From positions 359,600,001 to 359,664,000 of the forward strand of contig OZ024741.1 of the NCBI GenBank assembly GCA_964016885.1: a stretch of 64,000 nt of DNA. The letters run 5' to 3'. A model generated the notes under the pieces. It did no database searches, was not told the origin of the DNA, and saw only the letters and a list, made by a program, of their open reading frames with translations. The DNA comes from Eledone cirrhosa (taxonomy: Eukaryota). Shown one piece after another: positions 26,370 to 40,363 of the stretch; within the stretch, counting starts at the first letter, position 1, and each line of letters begins with the position of its first letter. The position numbers and the translations under genes were made by a program.

Positions 26370-27110
26370 TTGTCTTAGATTCTTCCGCGCCACCCGGCGC
26401 ATCGAGTAGTACGTACTCGCCAACGGTCACGATCAGTAGCAACTTTTTCGAGACCGTGCCAAGTGATGTTGGCTGCCATCAGGTCCTTCCGGAACGTTCG
26501 TCGCCAGGTGATTCTTGGGCAACCTCGCCTCCGTTTACTGCTAGGTGGAGTCCAGTTCATGACTGTTTTTGAATGCCGTTCATTTGGCAGACGCAGAATA
26601 TGGCCAGCCAGATGGCACCGACGCTCCGTGACCACTCCTCTGTAGCGTCCACGACTCAGCTCTCCACAGGATCTCCTCGTTTCGCACCAGGACACACGAA
26701 GGATCTTTTGCAGGCACCACTGGTGGAAAGCGTTCAGCCATCTCTCTATTTTTACCGTACTGTTCCAGGTCTCGCTCTCATAAAGCACTGTCGGCAGCAC
26801 GATGCTCTTGTACAGGCAGCTAATGCATGAAGATGACCAGACTGGGCACAGCCGCTGGAAAACTGCGGTTCCTTTGCCGATCCGACAGTTGATGTCGAGC
26901 TCTGCGTCACCGCTGCTTGTCAGGATGCTGCCCAGATAGGTGAAGTGATCGACTTCCTCGAGGTGCTGTTGGTTGACTGATCACTGGACCTGTGTTGCTG
27001 ACCGTTCTCATGACCTTGGTCTTTTTGGTGTTGATTCTCAGGCTGATCTTTTCCGCACTCTCTTGGAGGGATGTTGCTAGGGCCTGCAGATCTGCACTGT
27101 TTTCAGCGAT
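26370..27110 (-). mobile_element. RTE-clade LINE 3' fragment of a different, GC-richer family
   Basis: VLYESETW...LNAFHQWCLQKILRVSW, LAGHILRLP...KRRRGCPRITWRRT; an upstream frame gives LRINTKKTKVM and FTYLGS. Confidence 0.8.
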
Positions 27111-27297
27111 CAAAGATTTAAGTGTGTAAGGATATATATATATATATATCAGTGGTGAAGGATAACCTGGAAAGCAGGGCATGCAGTCCAATCACCATGG
27201 CGTAAAGTGGGGCTGTGCAACTTTACCCCCCACCCCAATTCCCTCTAAATGACCCTCCCGATCAAAGCCGCATGTAGTATTACCTAGTGTGTGTGTG

Positions 27298-27545
27298 ATC
27301 TTTTTGTGTCTACGATTTAATATGCAGTCAAAATTCTGCTTGCCCCAAAGCTGCCGTGTGTTTGTGTGTATGTGTATGTTATCTTTTTATGTGTCTACGA
27401 TTTAGTAAGCAATCAAAATTCTGCTTGCCTCAAAGCTGTCGCGCGTGTGCGTGAGAGAGAGAGATAGGGGTAGATAGAGAGAGAGATCTTTTTTTGTGTC
27501 TATACGTTTTAGTAAGCAGCCAAAATCCTGCTCGATTCAACCGAC
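27298..27545. repeat. Three copies of a ~60-bp unit separated by GT/GA microsatellites
   Basis: atctttttgtgtctacgatttagtaagcagtcaaaattctgctt-like units at ~27298, ~27380 and ~27486. Confidence 0.7.
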
Positions 27546-27699
27546 GCAATTGATCAACTCAAGATTCTATAACGCATGAATGTGTGTGTGTGTCTGTATA
27601 ATATATATATATATATATAATACACACACACACACACACACACATTTATATATTTTCTTTTTTCAGTCTGGTCTACTATGTTTGAGCCCCCTGTTGGAG

Positions 27700-29548
27700 A
27701 TAGATATATTTCTTTATTTGCCACAAGGGCGCAAAAAGATGGGGACAAATGCAGAGTGGGGAGTTTACGTACATGCGTGTAAAGAAAATAGAATTAATAA
27801 CAAATAACAAATAACAATTGAAATCCCCAATGGGGGGGGGGGGGGGTTACACAGGGGTTGTACACACCCCGAAAAAATGTACAAATCTCCAGGAGCACGA
27901 AGAGTGAGCGCTCCTTTCCTCTCTTCCTCTTTTTCTCAACCTACAGGTTTATATAAAGAGAAGGCCCAACCACTCGGGCCATCCTCGTCACATTCACCCA
28001 CCTTTCGTAAAATTTGCTGGGGTGCAGCACCTCTCTCTCCACTCTGATTCTTCTTCTAAAATGATATTTGAAGAAGTGAACCAGTTGTTTGCCATAGAGA
28101 AAGGTGTCTGACCTCAGCTCTTTCAGTCTCGTCCACAATATAGCCTCTTTCACCATAGACCTTACACAGGAAAACCGCCTCTCCCTCGTTTTTGAAGGAA
28201 GGTGGCGGTTTGATCGCAATAATGGACTCGGTGGTCAACCAGATTTGTCCCACCCGCGACAGTAGTCGTTCTGCATAGCTCCACAGGTCGGTAACGCCCG
28301 GGCAGTGTATGAATGCGTGCGCAACGGTTTCCTCGTCCGACACGCATCTCAGACAGATCTTTTTCGAGAGATCCCTGCCCGGGCGCCCGTGTCTGTAGAG
28401 CTTCTCGGTAGCACTGCCAGGCCAGGACTTTTGGAAGTTGTCCATCAGTCCCGGGCGGAATGTCCTACCGAACAGACTGGCCAGTTCGTCTTCTTCTACG
28501 CCTAGAGTTTCTCCGAGAGTGTCGTCGCACTTGCTGCGGACTAACCCTTTACAGAATCATGAGGTGGGGTCTCCACTGACTGCCGGGTCCATTTGCAAAA
28601 GGACTGTGAGCGGCTGAGCACATTCAATGTGCCAGTCACCCATTTTCCTCGGTCTCTGCTTGACCCAGGAAGGCTCGCTTCACGAACGGGGCCCACACCA
28701 GTTGTTCGGTGAGGAATACGTGGAGGTTGCACAACCTGAGTGCGTGTTTGCGCATCATCAGCCATGGCATCCCCAGCCTTCCATTTGAAAGGTGTTGACA
28801 GCAGATGGATCTTCTCACCAAAGGAGCCTGCTTCTTCCAAAGGAATTGGAAGAGCATGCGCTCCATTTTGGTGAGCATTTTACTTGGACAAGGCACGACG
28901 TTCAAGCGGTAGTAGATGACATGCTATGAAAGCGTTCGCCACCTCCGCTCGACCTTTCAAGGATAGTTTGCACTCGGCCCACTTTTGGGTGAGCGAAACA
29001 CCTTGGTCGCCACCTCGTTCCAGTTTTTCTCCACCTGAAGGTCCGGTCCGAACCAGACCCCGAGCAGCTTCACCGGTCCCTCCGTCCAGCGACTGACGAC
29101 GCCATCAGAAGGCATCGGTCTGCCTCTCCACGATCCGAGTTGCAAACCGACGGACTTGTCCTGGTTCAGCTTCACTCCTGTGAACCTTTCGTATTCCTTC
29201 AGTAAGGTGGCGACTTTCCCCGATTTGTGAGGTGCTCGACACCATTACTGTCACGTCATCGGCATAGGCCGACGCCGCTTTTCGCAGTCCCGGTTCCAAC
29301 GGTATGCCCTGCAGTAACTCCAACTTCCTCAGTAGTGGCTCGAGAGTCAGAAGGGAGGAGAGAGGGCATCCCTGTCGGATGGATCGTGTGATTTGGAACG
29401 GATCCAAGAGGTAGCCATTCACCTTGACCCTTGAGCAGATGCTGCTGTGCATGGCAGCAATCCAGCCCCTGAACACGGGTCCGAAGCTTGCTGCCGCGAT
29501 CACCGCATCCAGGTAACGATGGTCGACTATCGAATGCCTTAGACTGAC
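27700..29548 (-). mobile_element. L1/Tx1-like LINE, 5'-truncated and frameshifted
   Basis: SKAFD, RSIRQGCPLSSLL, AYADDVTV, VKLLGVWF, LFQFLWK, GRLGMP, C-terminal CLRC...ETVAHAFIHC zinc knuckle; AATAAA near 27713-27718. Confidence 0.85.
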
Positions 29549-29774
29549 CCAATAGATAGATAGATAGATAGACATGTACCAAACACACATTTCTTACTCT
29601 CACTGTCTCTCCCTCTTTTCATTTATATATATATATATTTATTTATATGGCGTTGTTGAAAAGAACAGTGGCCTTTGACCTGGCAATAAAAACTGGAGGC
29701 AAAATCCTTTCTGTACCAAAACCAAGAGACACACACATACACACGTGTGTGTGTGTGTGCATATATAAAAATAA

Positions 29775-29829
<55 letters not shown>

Positions 29830-29938
29830 TATATAAATATAATATATATATATAAATAAATATATATATATAAATATATATATAAATATAAATATATATA
29901 AATATATATAAATATAAATATATATATAAATATATATA

Positions 29939-30141
29939 TCATCATCATCATCATCATCAGGTTTAGCGTCCGTGTTCCACGCTTGCATGGGTTTGGACGG
30001 GGGTTTTCCCACTTGAGGCAAGAGTGGTTGTCTTGCTCGCATAGGACTGTCTGGCGGGTTTTCTACAGTTGGATGCCCTTCCTAACACCAACCACATTTA
30101 CAGTGTGGGGCTGGGAGGTTTTTACCGTGTTGCCTACACGG
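29939..30141 (-). mobile_element. RTE family B 3' terminal fragment within a TA-rich array
   Basis: Matches the 3' UTR at 34130-34335; (TGA)n tail. Confidence 0.75.
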
Positions 30142-30276
30142 TAAATATAAATATAAATATATATAAATATATATATATATAAATATAAATATATATAAAT
30201 ATAAATATATCTATATAAATAAATTATATATATATATATATAAATAAATAAATATATATATATATATATATCACAA

Positions 30277-31535
30277 TCTATAAAGCTCAGTGTGTGGTCA
30301 TGCTCCTTTCTTATAGAAATCTACGATATAGAATTTCTTCAATTTAAATTTACAATTCAGTATTCGAAATAGTTTCGATTTCGTCTTGGCATATCTCATT
30401 TTTTCAATTTCACCCACAATTACGCAAAAAATAGATAAAACTCAATATTTTACGATTTTTCTCTGTCATTTAAACTGCTAAACTCTTTCCACTATCATTC
30501 AAAATCTATACAACTTCATACTTTCTGCTACTTTCTCTTTCCAAGCTTGATGGTGATACTGTCCGTTTTACTCTCTCATATCATCTGCTTACCTCTATCT
30601 ACAACCCACACATTTTGCTACTTTCTCTTTTATACTTCAAATTATTACATTTCATACGAAACAACAATTATTCAAAAGCAACAGATACATTTATTTAACA
30701 ACAAGCGATAAATCTTTTTTAAAACCTCTTTTCCAAACGCATACAAACACACTCACTTCAACAACAACAACAATCTGCCTTTTATAGATAATGATAAACA
30801 ATAATATCCTCTATAAGGTTACTAAACCTGCTAGAAACAGCAGCTAACTCTCCCCCATTCCACACCCCTCCATACTGTCTTAAATTTAGAAAACATCTAC
30901 GAGGTCACTAAACCTGCTAGAAACAGCAGCTAACTCTCCCCCATATCACACCACTCCCTACTGTCTTAAATTTAGAAAACATATCCTCTATGAGGTTACT
31001 AAACCTGCTAGAAACAGCAACTAACTCTCCCCCATATCACACCCATCCCTACTGTCTTAAATTTAGAAAACATCTAGGAGGTCACTAAACCTGCTAGAAA
31101 CAGCAGCTAACTCTCCTCCATATCACACCACTCCCTACTGTCTTAAATTTAGAAAACACATCCTCTATGAGGTCACTAAACCTGCTAGAAACAACAGCTA
31201 ACTCTCCCTCATATCACAAGCCTCCCTACTGTCTTAAATTTAGAAAACACACAGACAACCATGCAGAACAACTCCATCGCAGCTCTGTTGTTCGGCTGGC
31301 ATCGACTACGCGCGTGTTGCGCAAGTACTGTGAAACAATCAATTTCAAAAAAATTTTGCACAGATAATATCCATAGGCGAAACTACAATTGTCAATGCTG
31401 GCGCAGCTCCTGTTTCCAGGTCTGCAATTCATTCACCCAGTGCCTGGCAGACAAAAAAGTACTGCCATAAAATGGGTGGTGCAACCTAACTTTGGTAACT
31501 TAATGACCCCGAGCAACGTCAGGCTTTAATGCTAG
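30277..31535 (+). mobile_element. Probable non-autonomous Helitron carrying an internal minisatellite
   Basis: 5' A|TCTATAAAGCTCAGTGTGTG; 3' CCCGAGCAACGTCAGGC (degenerate hairpin) followed by CTAG|T; no TSD. That the two ends belong to one element is an inference. Confidence 0.5.
30808..31248. repeat. Minisatellite, 5 copies, alternating 86/91-bp units
   Basis: ACTAAACCTGCTAGAAAC starts at 30821, 30907, 30998, 31084 and 31175. Confidence 0.9.
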
Positions 31536-31895
31536 TATATATATAAATATACATACATATATATACATATATATATATAAATATATATAATATATATATA
31601 TATATAAATATACATACATATATATACATATATATATAAATATACATAACATATATATACATATATATATAAATATACATAACATATATATACATATATA
31701 TATAAATATACATAACATATATATACATATATATATATAAATATATATAATATATATATATATATAAATATACATAACATATATATACATATATATATAT
31801 AAATATATATAATATATATATATATATATAAATATACATACATATATATACATATATATATAAATATACATACATATATATACATATATATATAA

Positions 31896-31926
<31 letters not shown>

Positions 31927-32063
31927 TATATAAATATATCCATATATATACATTTATAAATACATATATATATATACATATATACATTTATAAATACATA
32001 TATACATATACATACAAATATACATTTATAAATACATATATACATATACATACAAATATACAT

Positions 32064-32094
<31 letters not shown>

Positions 32095-32125
32095 CATATA
32101 TATATATACATATATATACATATAC

Positions 32126-32184
<59 letters not shown>

Positions 32185-32297
32185 TATATATATCCATATA
32201 CACATATATATATATCCATATATATACATTTATAAATACATATATACATATACATTTATAAATACATATATACATATATATATACAAATATACATAC

Positions 32298-32329
<32 letters not shown>

Positions 32330-33005
32330 GTATATATATATATACATATATATATACATATATATATACATATATGTATACATATATATATATATATTAT
32401 ATACATATATATATATACATACACATATATATACATACACATATATATACATACACATATATATATACACATATATATATACACATATATATATACACAT
32501 ATATATATACACATATATATATACATATATATATACACATATATATATGCACATATATATATACACATATATACATATATATATATACACATATATATGC
32601 ACATATATATATACACATATATACATATATATATATATACACATATATACATATATATACACATATATATACACATATATACATATATATATACATATAT
32701 ACATATATATATATATACATATATACACATATATATATACACACATATATATACACATATATATATACACACATATATATACACACATATATATACACAC
32801 ATATATATACACATATATACACACATATATACACACATATATATATAACATATATACATATATATATATACATATATATATACATATATATATACATATA
32901 TATATACATATATATATATACATATATATATATACATATATATATATACATATATATATATACATATATATATATACATATATATATATACATATATATA
33001 TATAC

Positions 33006-33050
<45 letters not shown>

Positions 33051-33095
33051 CATATATATATATATACATATATATATATACATATATATATATAC

Positions 33096-33144
<49 letters not shown>

Positions 33145-33213
33145 CATATATATATACATATATATATATATACATATATATATACATATATATATATACA
33201 TATATATATATAC

Positions 33214-33262
<49 letters not shown>

Positions 33263-33447
33263 CATATATATATACATATATATATATATACATATATATA
33301 TACATATATATATATACATATATATACATATATATATATACATATATATACATATATATACATATATATACATATACATATATATATACATATATATACA
33401 TATACATATATATACATATACATATATATACATATATATACATATAC

Positions 33448-33480
<33 letters not shown>

Positions 33481-33502
33481 CATATATATACATATACATA
33501 TA
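31536..33502. repeat. Compound (TA)n/(TACA)n microsatellite array
   Basis: Directly visible. Confidence 0.95.
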
Positions 33503-34335
33503 TGCTGCTAAAGGGTTCTCCCTAAAAATGAAAGGCAGGTTGTACGATGCCTGCATACGAACAGCAATGTTGCATGGTAGTGAGACCTGGGCATTGTGTG
33601 CAGAGGATATACGCAGACTAGAGAGGAACGAAGCTTGCATGCTCCGCTGGATGTGTAACAGTAATATACGTGAACGGCAAAGCATAAACGAACTAAGGAA
33701 AAAATTAGAGATAAGAGGGATCAGATGTTGTTTACTCGAGAGAAGGCTGCGTTGGTATGGACACGTGATGCGCATGAAAGTCGATAGCTGTATTACAAAG
33801 TGCAGGGCAATAAAGATAGATGGTAGCCACGGAATAGGCAGACCTAGAAAAACATGGGATGAGCTGATAAACTCCGACCTCACACACTTACACCTCTCCA
33901 AGACAATGTCACTGGACCGTGACCTGTGGCGGTACTCAGTAACAGAGAAGACCCGCCTTGCCAGTAGGCATCTCTAACAAACTACACCCCGTCCCGCCAC
34001 CACCCCCACCCCATCCACACCACCCCGTTCTATGTAAAGTTATGTTGGTGCCGCGCCATCCAGGCCGAAACAAATGAGATCGTGTAGGTGTCACGACAAA
34101 AAAACACACAGTCCACGCTGTAATGTGGCCGTGTAGGCAACACGGTAAAAACCTCCCAGACCCACACTGTAAATGTGGTTGGTGTTAGGAAGGGCATCCA
34201 ACTGTAGAAAACCTGCCAGACAGTCCTATGCGAGCAAGACAATCACTCTTGCCTCAAGTGGGACTACCCCCGTCCAAACCCATGCAAGCGTGGAACACGG
34301 ACGTTAAACGTTGATGATGATGATGATGATGATGA
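33503..34335 (+). mobile_element. RTE LINE family B, 5'-truncated 3' end (ORF2 C-terminus plus 3' UTR)
   Basis: [29 protein letters not shown]...RWYGHVMR...GRPRKTW, stop at 33977, 3' UTR ending GGACGTTAAACGTTGATGATG. Confidence 0.9.
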
Positions 34336-34686
34336 TACATATACATATACATATACATACATATATATACATATACATACATATACATATATATACATAT
34401 ACATATATATACATATATATACATATATATATATATACATATATATATACATATATATATACATATATACATATATATACACATATACATATATACATAT
34501 ATATATATATATACATATATACATATATACATATATATACATATATATACACATATATACACATATATACACATATATACACATATATACATATATATAT
34601 ACATATATACATATATATACATATATATACATATATATACATACATACATACATATATATATATACATATATATATATATACATAC

Positions 34687-34749
<63 letters not shown>

Positions 34750-35188
34750 CATATATACATATACATATATATACATATACATATATATACATATATATAC
34801 ATATATATACATATACATATATATACATATACATATATATACATATATATACATATATATATATATACATATATACATATATACATATATATATATACAT
34901 ATATATATATACATATATACATATATACATATATATATACATATATATATACATATATATACATATATATATATACATATATATATATACATATATATAT
35001 ATATACATATATATATATACATATATATATATACATATATATATATACATATATATATATATACATATATACATATATATATATATATACATATATATAC
35101 ATATATATACATATATATACATATATATATATACATACATATACATACATATATATACATATATATACATATATATATATATACATAC

Positions 35189-35221
<33 letters not shown>

Positions 35222-35304
35222 CATATATATATATACATATATATATATACATATATATATATACATATATATATATACATATATATATATACATATATAT
35301 ATAC

Positions 35305-35337
<33 letters not shown>

Positions 35338-35392
35338 CATACATATATATATATACATATATATATACATATATATATATATACATATATAT
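34336..35392. repeat. (TA)n/(TACA)n microsatellite array
   Basis: Directly visible. Confidence 0.95.
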
Positions 35393-35952
35393 ATGGTGGC
35401 TGCCAACTCGTTTTCGAGTACGGCCACTACTTTATATCCATGTAGGAGAACCCCTACCGATGCGCTGAACAAGTGTGACTTTTCAGTCCAGCCAGCGACT
35501 TGAAAACTCGGGTACAAACACTACACTTGTGACAATTATTGACACATAGTGCTGGGCCCATGGTACCATGTCACGACAAGTGCAGAGAGATCTCCAGATA
35601 TAAAGCAATGCCTGTGCCGTGAAGCTTTTATAGTGAGCAAAGGCACTGCACAAAGCCAGTCCCACTCTCTTAACCAAGATGATATTTACCAAAAAGAAGA
35701 ACAAGTCAACATCATTGGATACCATCAGAGTTGCAGGTGTTATATCAGAGTTTTCCTTCTCCTAGAATTCTGCCTTGACAAAGGCTAAGGGGTCATCTCT
35801 CCCGGTGATTTTGGATGGCCATTGACTCTTAAGAGCTCCTTTGCCCTTTGACAGGTTTTGTTTTTAGTCCTGCAGGATGTCCAAAGTCACCCTCCTCACC
35901 AAGCAACCTTGGTGGGGTTGCCAGTTTAGTCGCCAACGACCCGACCATGAGA
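35393..35952 (-). mobile_element. Non-autonomous bipartite RTE derivative (5' UTR plus 3' terminus, no coding region)
   Basis: 35605-35805 aligns by eye with 46651-46875 (5' UTR of the BovB-like LINE); the 3' end TGGCCGTACTCGAAAACGAGTTGGCAGCCACCAT resembles the LINE end TGGCCATACTCGATAACGAGGGGCAGCCATCAT. Confidence 0.7.
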
Positions 35953-35981
35953 CATATATATATACATACATATATACATAC

Positions 35982-36014
<33 letters not shown>

Positions 36015-36109
36015 CATATATATACATATATATATATATACATATACATATATATATATATATACATACATATATATATACATATACATATATATATATA
36101 TATACATAC

Positions 36110-36140
<31 letters not shown>

Positions 36141-36145
36141 CATAC

Positions 36146-36180
<35 letters not shown>

Positions 36181-36185
36181 CATAC

Positions 36186-36218
<33 letters not shown>

Positions 36219-36409
36219 CATACATATATATATATACATATATATATATACATATATATATATACATACATATATATATATACATATATATATATACACA
36301 TATATATATATATATACATACATATATATATATACATATATATATATATACATATATATATATACATATATATATATATACATATATATATACATATATA
36401 TATATACAC

Positions 36410-36456
<47 letters not shown>

Positions 36457-36569
36457 CATATATATACATATATATATACATATATATATATACACATATA
36501 TATATATACATATATATATATACACATATATATATATACATATATATATATACACATATATATATACAC

Positions 36570-36607
<38 letters not shown>

Positions 36608-36755
36608 ATATATACACATATACATATATACATATATATATATATATACATATATATATACATATATATATAAATATATATATACACATATATATACACA
36701 TATATATACACATATATATACACATATATATATACATATATATATACATATATAC

Positions 36756-36786
<31 letters not shown>

Positions 36787-37033
36787 AATATATATATACA
36801 TATATATATATATATAAATATATATATACATATATATATATAAATATATATACACATATATATATATATATATACACATACATAAATATATATATACACA
36901 TATATAAATATATATATACATATATATATAAATATATATATACATATACATATATATATATATATATAAATATATATACATATACATATATATATATAAA
37001 TATATATACATATACATATATATATATATATAA

Positions 37034-37068
<35 letters not shown>

Positions 37069-37177
37069 AATATATATAAATATATATACATATATATATA
37101 AATATATATACATATATATATATAAATATATATACATATATAAATATATATACATATATATATAAATATATATACAT

Positions 37178-37234
<57 letters not shown>

Positions 37235-37327
37235 CATATATACATATATAAATATATATACATATATAAATATATATACATATATATACATATATAAATA
37301 TAGAAACATATATAAATATAGAAACAT

Positions 37328-37359
<32 letters not shown>

Positions 37360-37430
37360 ATATATAAATATATATATATATAAATATATATACATATATA
37401 TATATATATAAATATATATACATATATATG
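35953..37430. repeat. (TA)n/(TACA)n/(TAAA) microsatellite array
   Basis: Directly visible. Confidence 0.95.
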
Positions 37431-37558
37431 CAAAGTCTTATTTAAATTGTTGGGTTACAACGAGTAAATATTTATAACTGATATAAAAGCACTCAACAAG
37501 TATTTGGAGTATATTTACGATATTAAATAAATGGAAATTATATTTATAAAACCATATT

Positions 37559-37624
37559 TATTTCATTATATATATTTCAGGGATATCATATTAAAAATAT
37601 GTTATGCCTTCTTCAGACAAAATA
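37559..37624 (-). ncRNA. Type I hammerhead-like motif with palindromic stem III, in the left arm of a perfect inverted repeat
   Basis: TATTTTGT-CTGAAGA-AGG..CATATT/AATATG..CCT-GAA-ATATATAT-A^ATGAAATA: 8-bp stem I (2 G-U), AUA triplet. Confidence 0.55.
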
Positions 37625-37798
37625 TAAACAGTCTTATAAATAGATAGATTCGACATACCTTTCAACTTCGACTTGCAAGTTTTCAAATGCAAGTCGAAGT
37701 TGAAAGGTATGTCGAATCTATCTATTTATAAGACTGTTTATATTTTGTCTGAAGAAGGCATAACATATTTTTAATATGATATCCCTGAAATATATATA
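37567..37798. repeat. Perfect inverted repeat, 111-bp arms with a 10-nt spacer
   Basis: 37567-37677 is the reverse complement of 37688-37798; spacer AGTTTTCAAA. Confidence 0.92.
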
Positions 37799-37835
37799 CA
37801 TATATAAATATATATACATATATATATAAATATAT

Positions 37836-40363
37836 CATCATCATCATCATCATCACCGTTTTACGTCCGTTCTTCCACGCTAGCATGGGTTAGACGGGTT
37901 GTCCTGTTGTGGGCAGTGTCTGGTCGGCTGACCATGCCTTGCTCATACAGGAACTGATCTGGCTTGATTTCTACAGCTGGATGCCCTTCCTAACACCAAC
38001 CTCATTTACAGTGAGTGCTGGGTGCTTTTTCGTGGCGCCTACACGTCCACTTTACAGTGTGGGATGGGTGCTTTTTTGCCGTGGCACCTCCACGACCACC
38101 TTGCTGTGGGGGGGGGGGGGGGATATTGTTTATATGCTTCAGCATGTACCGATGGGAGGTCGGGTACCCTGTATTACTGCGTGACGCCAGAAGTCACGGT
38201 CGTGTGTCATTGACTTTGAGAGGTGTAGTTGGGTAAGGTCGGCTTTTATCACCTCATCCCAAGTCATCTTGGGTCTCCCCACTCCGCGGTTTCCATCAAC
38301 TTCTAGTGCTCTGCACCTTTTTATGCAGCTGTCATCCTTCATACGCATCACATGTCCATACCAGCGTAACCGCCTCTCCTGCACGCAGCATTTGATTCCT
38401 CTTATGCTCAGTCTCTCTCTCAATTCATTTATGCTTTGTCGTTCACGTATATTACTGTTACACATCCATCGGAGCATGCAGGCTTCGTTTCTCTCTAATC
38501 TACGTAAGTCTTCCACCTTCAGCGCCCAGGTCTCACTACCATGCAACATCGCTGTTCGGATACACGCATCATACAGTCTGCCTTTCATTCTGAGGGAGAA
38601 GCCTTTTGCAGCTAGCAGTGGTAGTAGTTCCCTAAACTTCTTCCATCCCGTTCTTACCCTAGTTATTGTACTTTCTGAGCACCCACCTCCGTTGCTAATT
38701 CGGTCACCTAGGTAGCAGAAGCTGTCTACTGTTTCTACAGGGCCCTCCCAGAGATTGGTGGTACTTGTTTCCTGTGGCTGTTTGCTTGCTGTTTCAGCAC
38801 AGCTGCTGCATGTGAATCCTACATTTTTAATTAAGCTTCCTGAGATCCCGCTACATCTCTTGTGTACCCATTGTTTGCATTTGGGGCAAAGAATGGAGTT
38901 CCTACCTACACCTTTCCTGCATACTGAGCAAGGCCATTTCCCTGAGGGGATCTGGGTTCTGTTTTCTCGTCTACTTATAAGGACCTTAGTCTTTGTCATG
39001 TTGACTTTGAGGCCCTTTCTCTCTAGTCCCTGCTTCCAGGTTTGGAATTTATTCTCTAGTTCTACCATAGATTCAGCTATGAGTGCGAGGTCATCAGCAT
39101 ACAGGAGTTCCCATGGGCATCCGGTCTTAAACTCCTCCGTTATTGCCTGCAGGACTATGATGAACAGGAGAGGGCTAAGAACAGAGCCCTGGTGGACCCC
39201 AACCTGTACGCTAAATTCCTCGCTATACTCATTGCCAATCCTAACTTTGCTGACTGCTCCCCTATACATGGCTTGTACCCGCTTTCACAAGCCATTCATC
39301 TACTCCTAGTTTTCTAAGAGCCCACCAGATTACTGCACGTGGAACTCTGTCAAAGGCTTTCTCAAGGTCGACAAATGCCAAGTAGAGTGGCTTACTTTTA
39401 GCTAGGTACTTTTCCTGTAATTGCCTCACAAGGAAGAGCGCATCAGTGGTGCCTTTCCCTGGAACAAACCCAAATTGCATCTCGTCTATATTCACCCGGT
39501 CCCTAATCAGCTGTGCTATAACTCTTTCTGTTACTTTCATGACCTGGTCCATCAACTTTATACCTCTATAGTTTCCTCTATCTAGTGCATCGCCTTTACC
39601 TTTGTAGCAGTTGACAATGATGCTACTGCACCAATCTTTTGGTATGGCCCCCTCTAGTATTACCTGGTTAACGATACGTGTGGTTATAGTGTGACCTACA
39701 GACCCAGATGCCTTCAGCATCTCGGCAGCTATACCCGATGGACGGTTGCCTTCCCTATCTTCATATCTCTGATTGCCTTACTTACTACGCTGCCGCTGAC
39801 TTGTACTGCTGGTCCCTCTATAGGGTCTACGTGGGGTAGGGTCTCTTCTTCCCATGCATTCTCCTCATTTAGTAATCTATCATAATGACTCTTCCATGCA
39901 TCTTTCTTCTCAGCACTTGTGAGGGCAAGCTCACCTTTATCATTCCGGATACACTTCTCTCCAATGACATCACAACTATCTCTGACACACTGCCTCGCAA
40001 TCTTGAATACCTCCTGTTTCTGGTCCTCACGTTGTAAAACATGCTTGAATTTTCTATCCTCTGCTTCCCTCCTAGCTAAGTATACTTGTCGCCTAGCTTC
40101 CCTCTTGGTCTCTATGTAATGTACCCTGCTCCCCCCGTTCTTCCATTCTTTCCATGCCTGTCTCTTGGCCTTGACTGCTTCATCTACCTTATTGTTCACC
40201 ACCAAGTCACTCTCCTCCTGCTTGAGGTCTTACTCCAGCCACAAACCTCATCCGTCGCCTCTAGTAAGTTATTTTTTAGGAACTCCCAGTTCTCTTCTAC
40301 GTTAAATGTCTCTATCTGTTCTTCTTTACTGTCGTAGGCGTTGAGTAAAATATCTTTAAATCT
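37836..40363 (-). mobile_element. RTE LINE family A, younger 5'-truncated copy with few frameshifts
   Basis: ORFs 39729-40205, 39262-39720 and 38139-39269 give a continuous RT (FVDLEKAFDRVPR, HQGSVLSPLLF, YADD) plus a C4HC3 finger and C-terminus; (TGA)n tail. Confidence 0.95.

Noticed and set aside
30808-31248. CRISPR-like appearance of regularly spaced repeats
   Set aside because: The whole unit repeats with no unique spacers, there are no cas genes, and the context is eukaryotic; it is a minisatellite.
35800-35952. Possible HDV-like ribozyme at the RTE-derived 5' end
   Set aside because: I could not assemble the nested double pseudoknot by eye; left as a suggested search only.
38269-39309. 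Plus-strand ORFs of 148-184 aa (also 24613-25137, 43345-43857)
   Set aside because: Antisense shadows of LINE ORF2.
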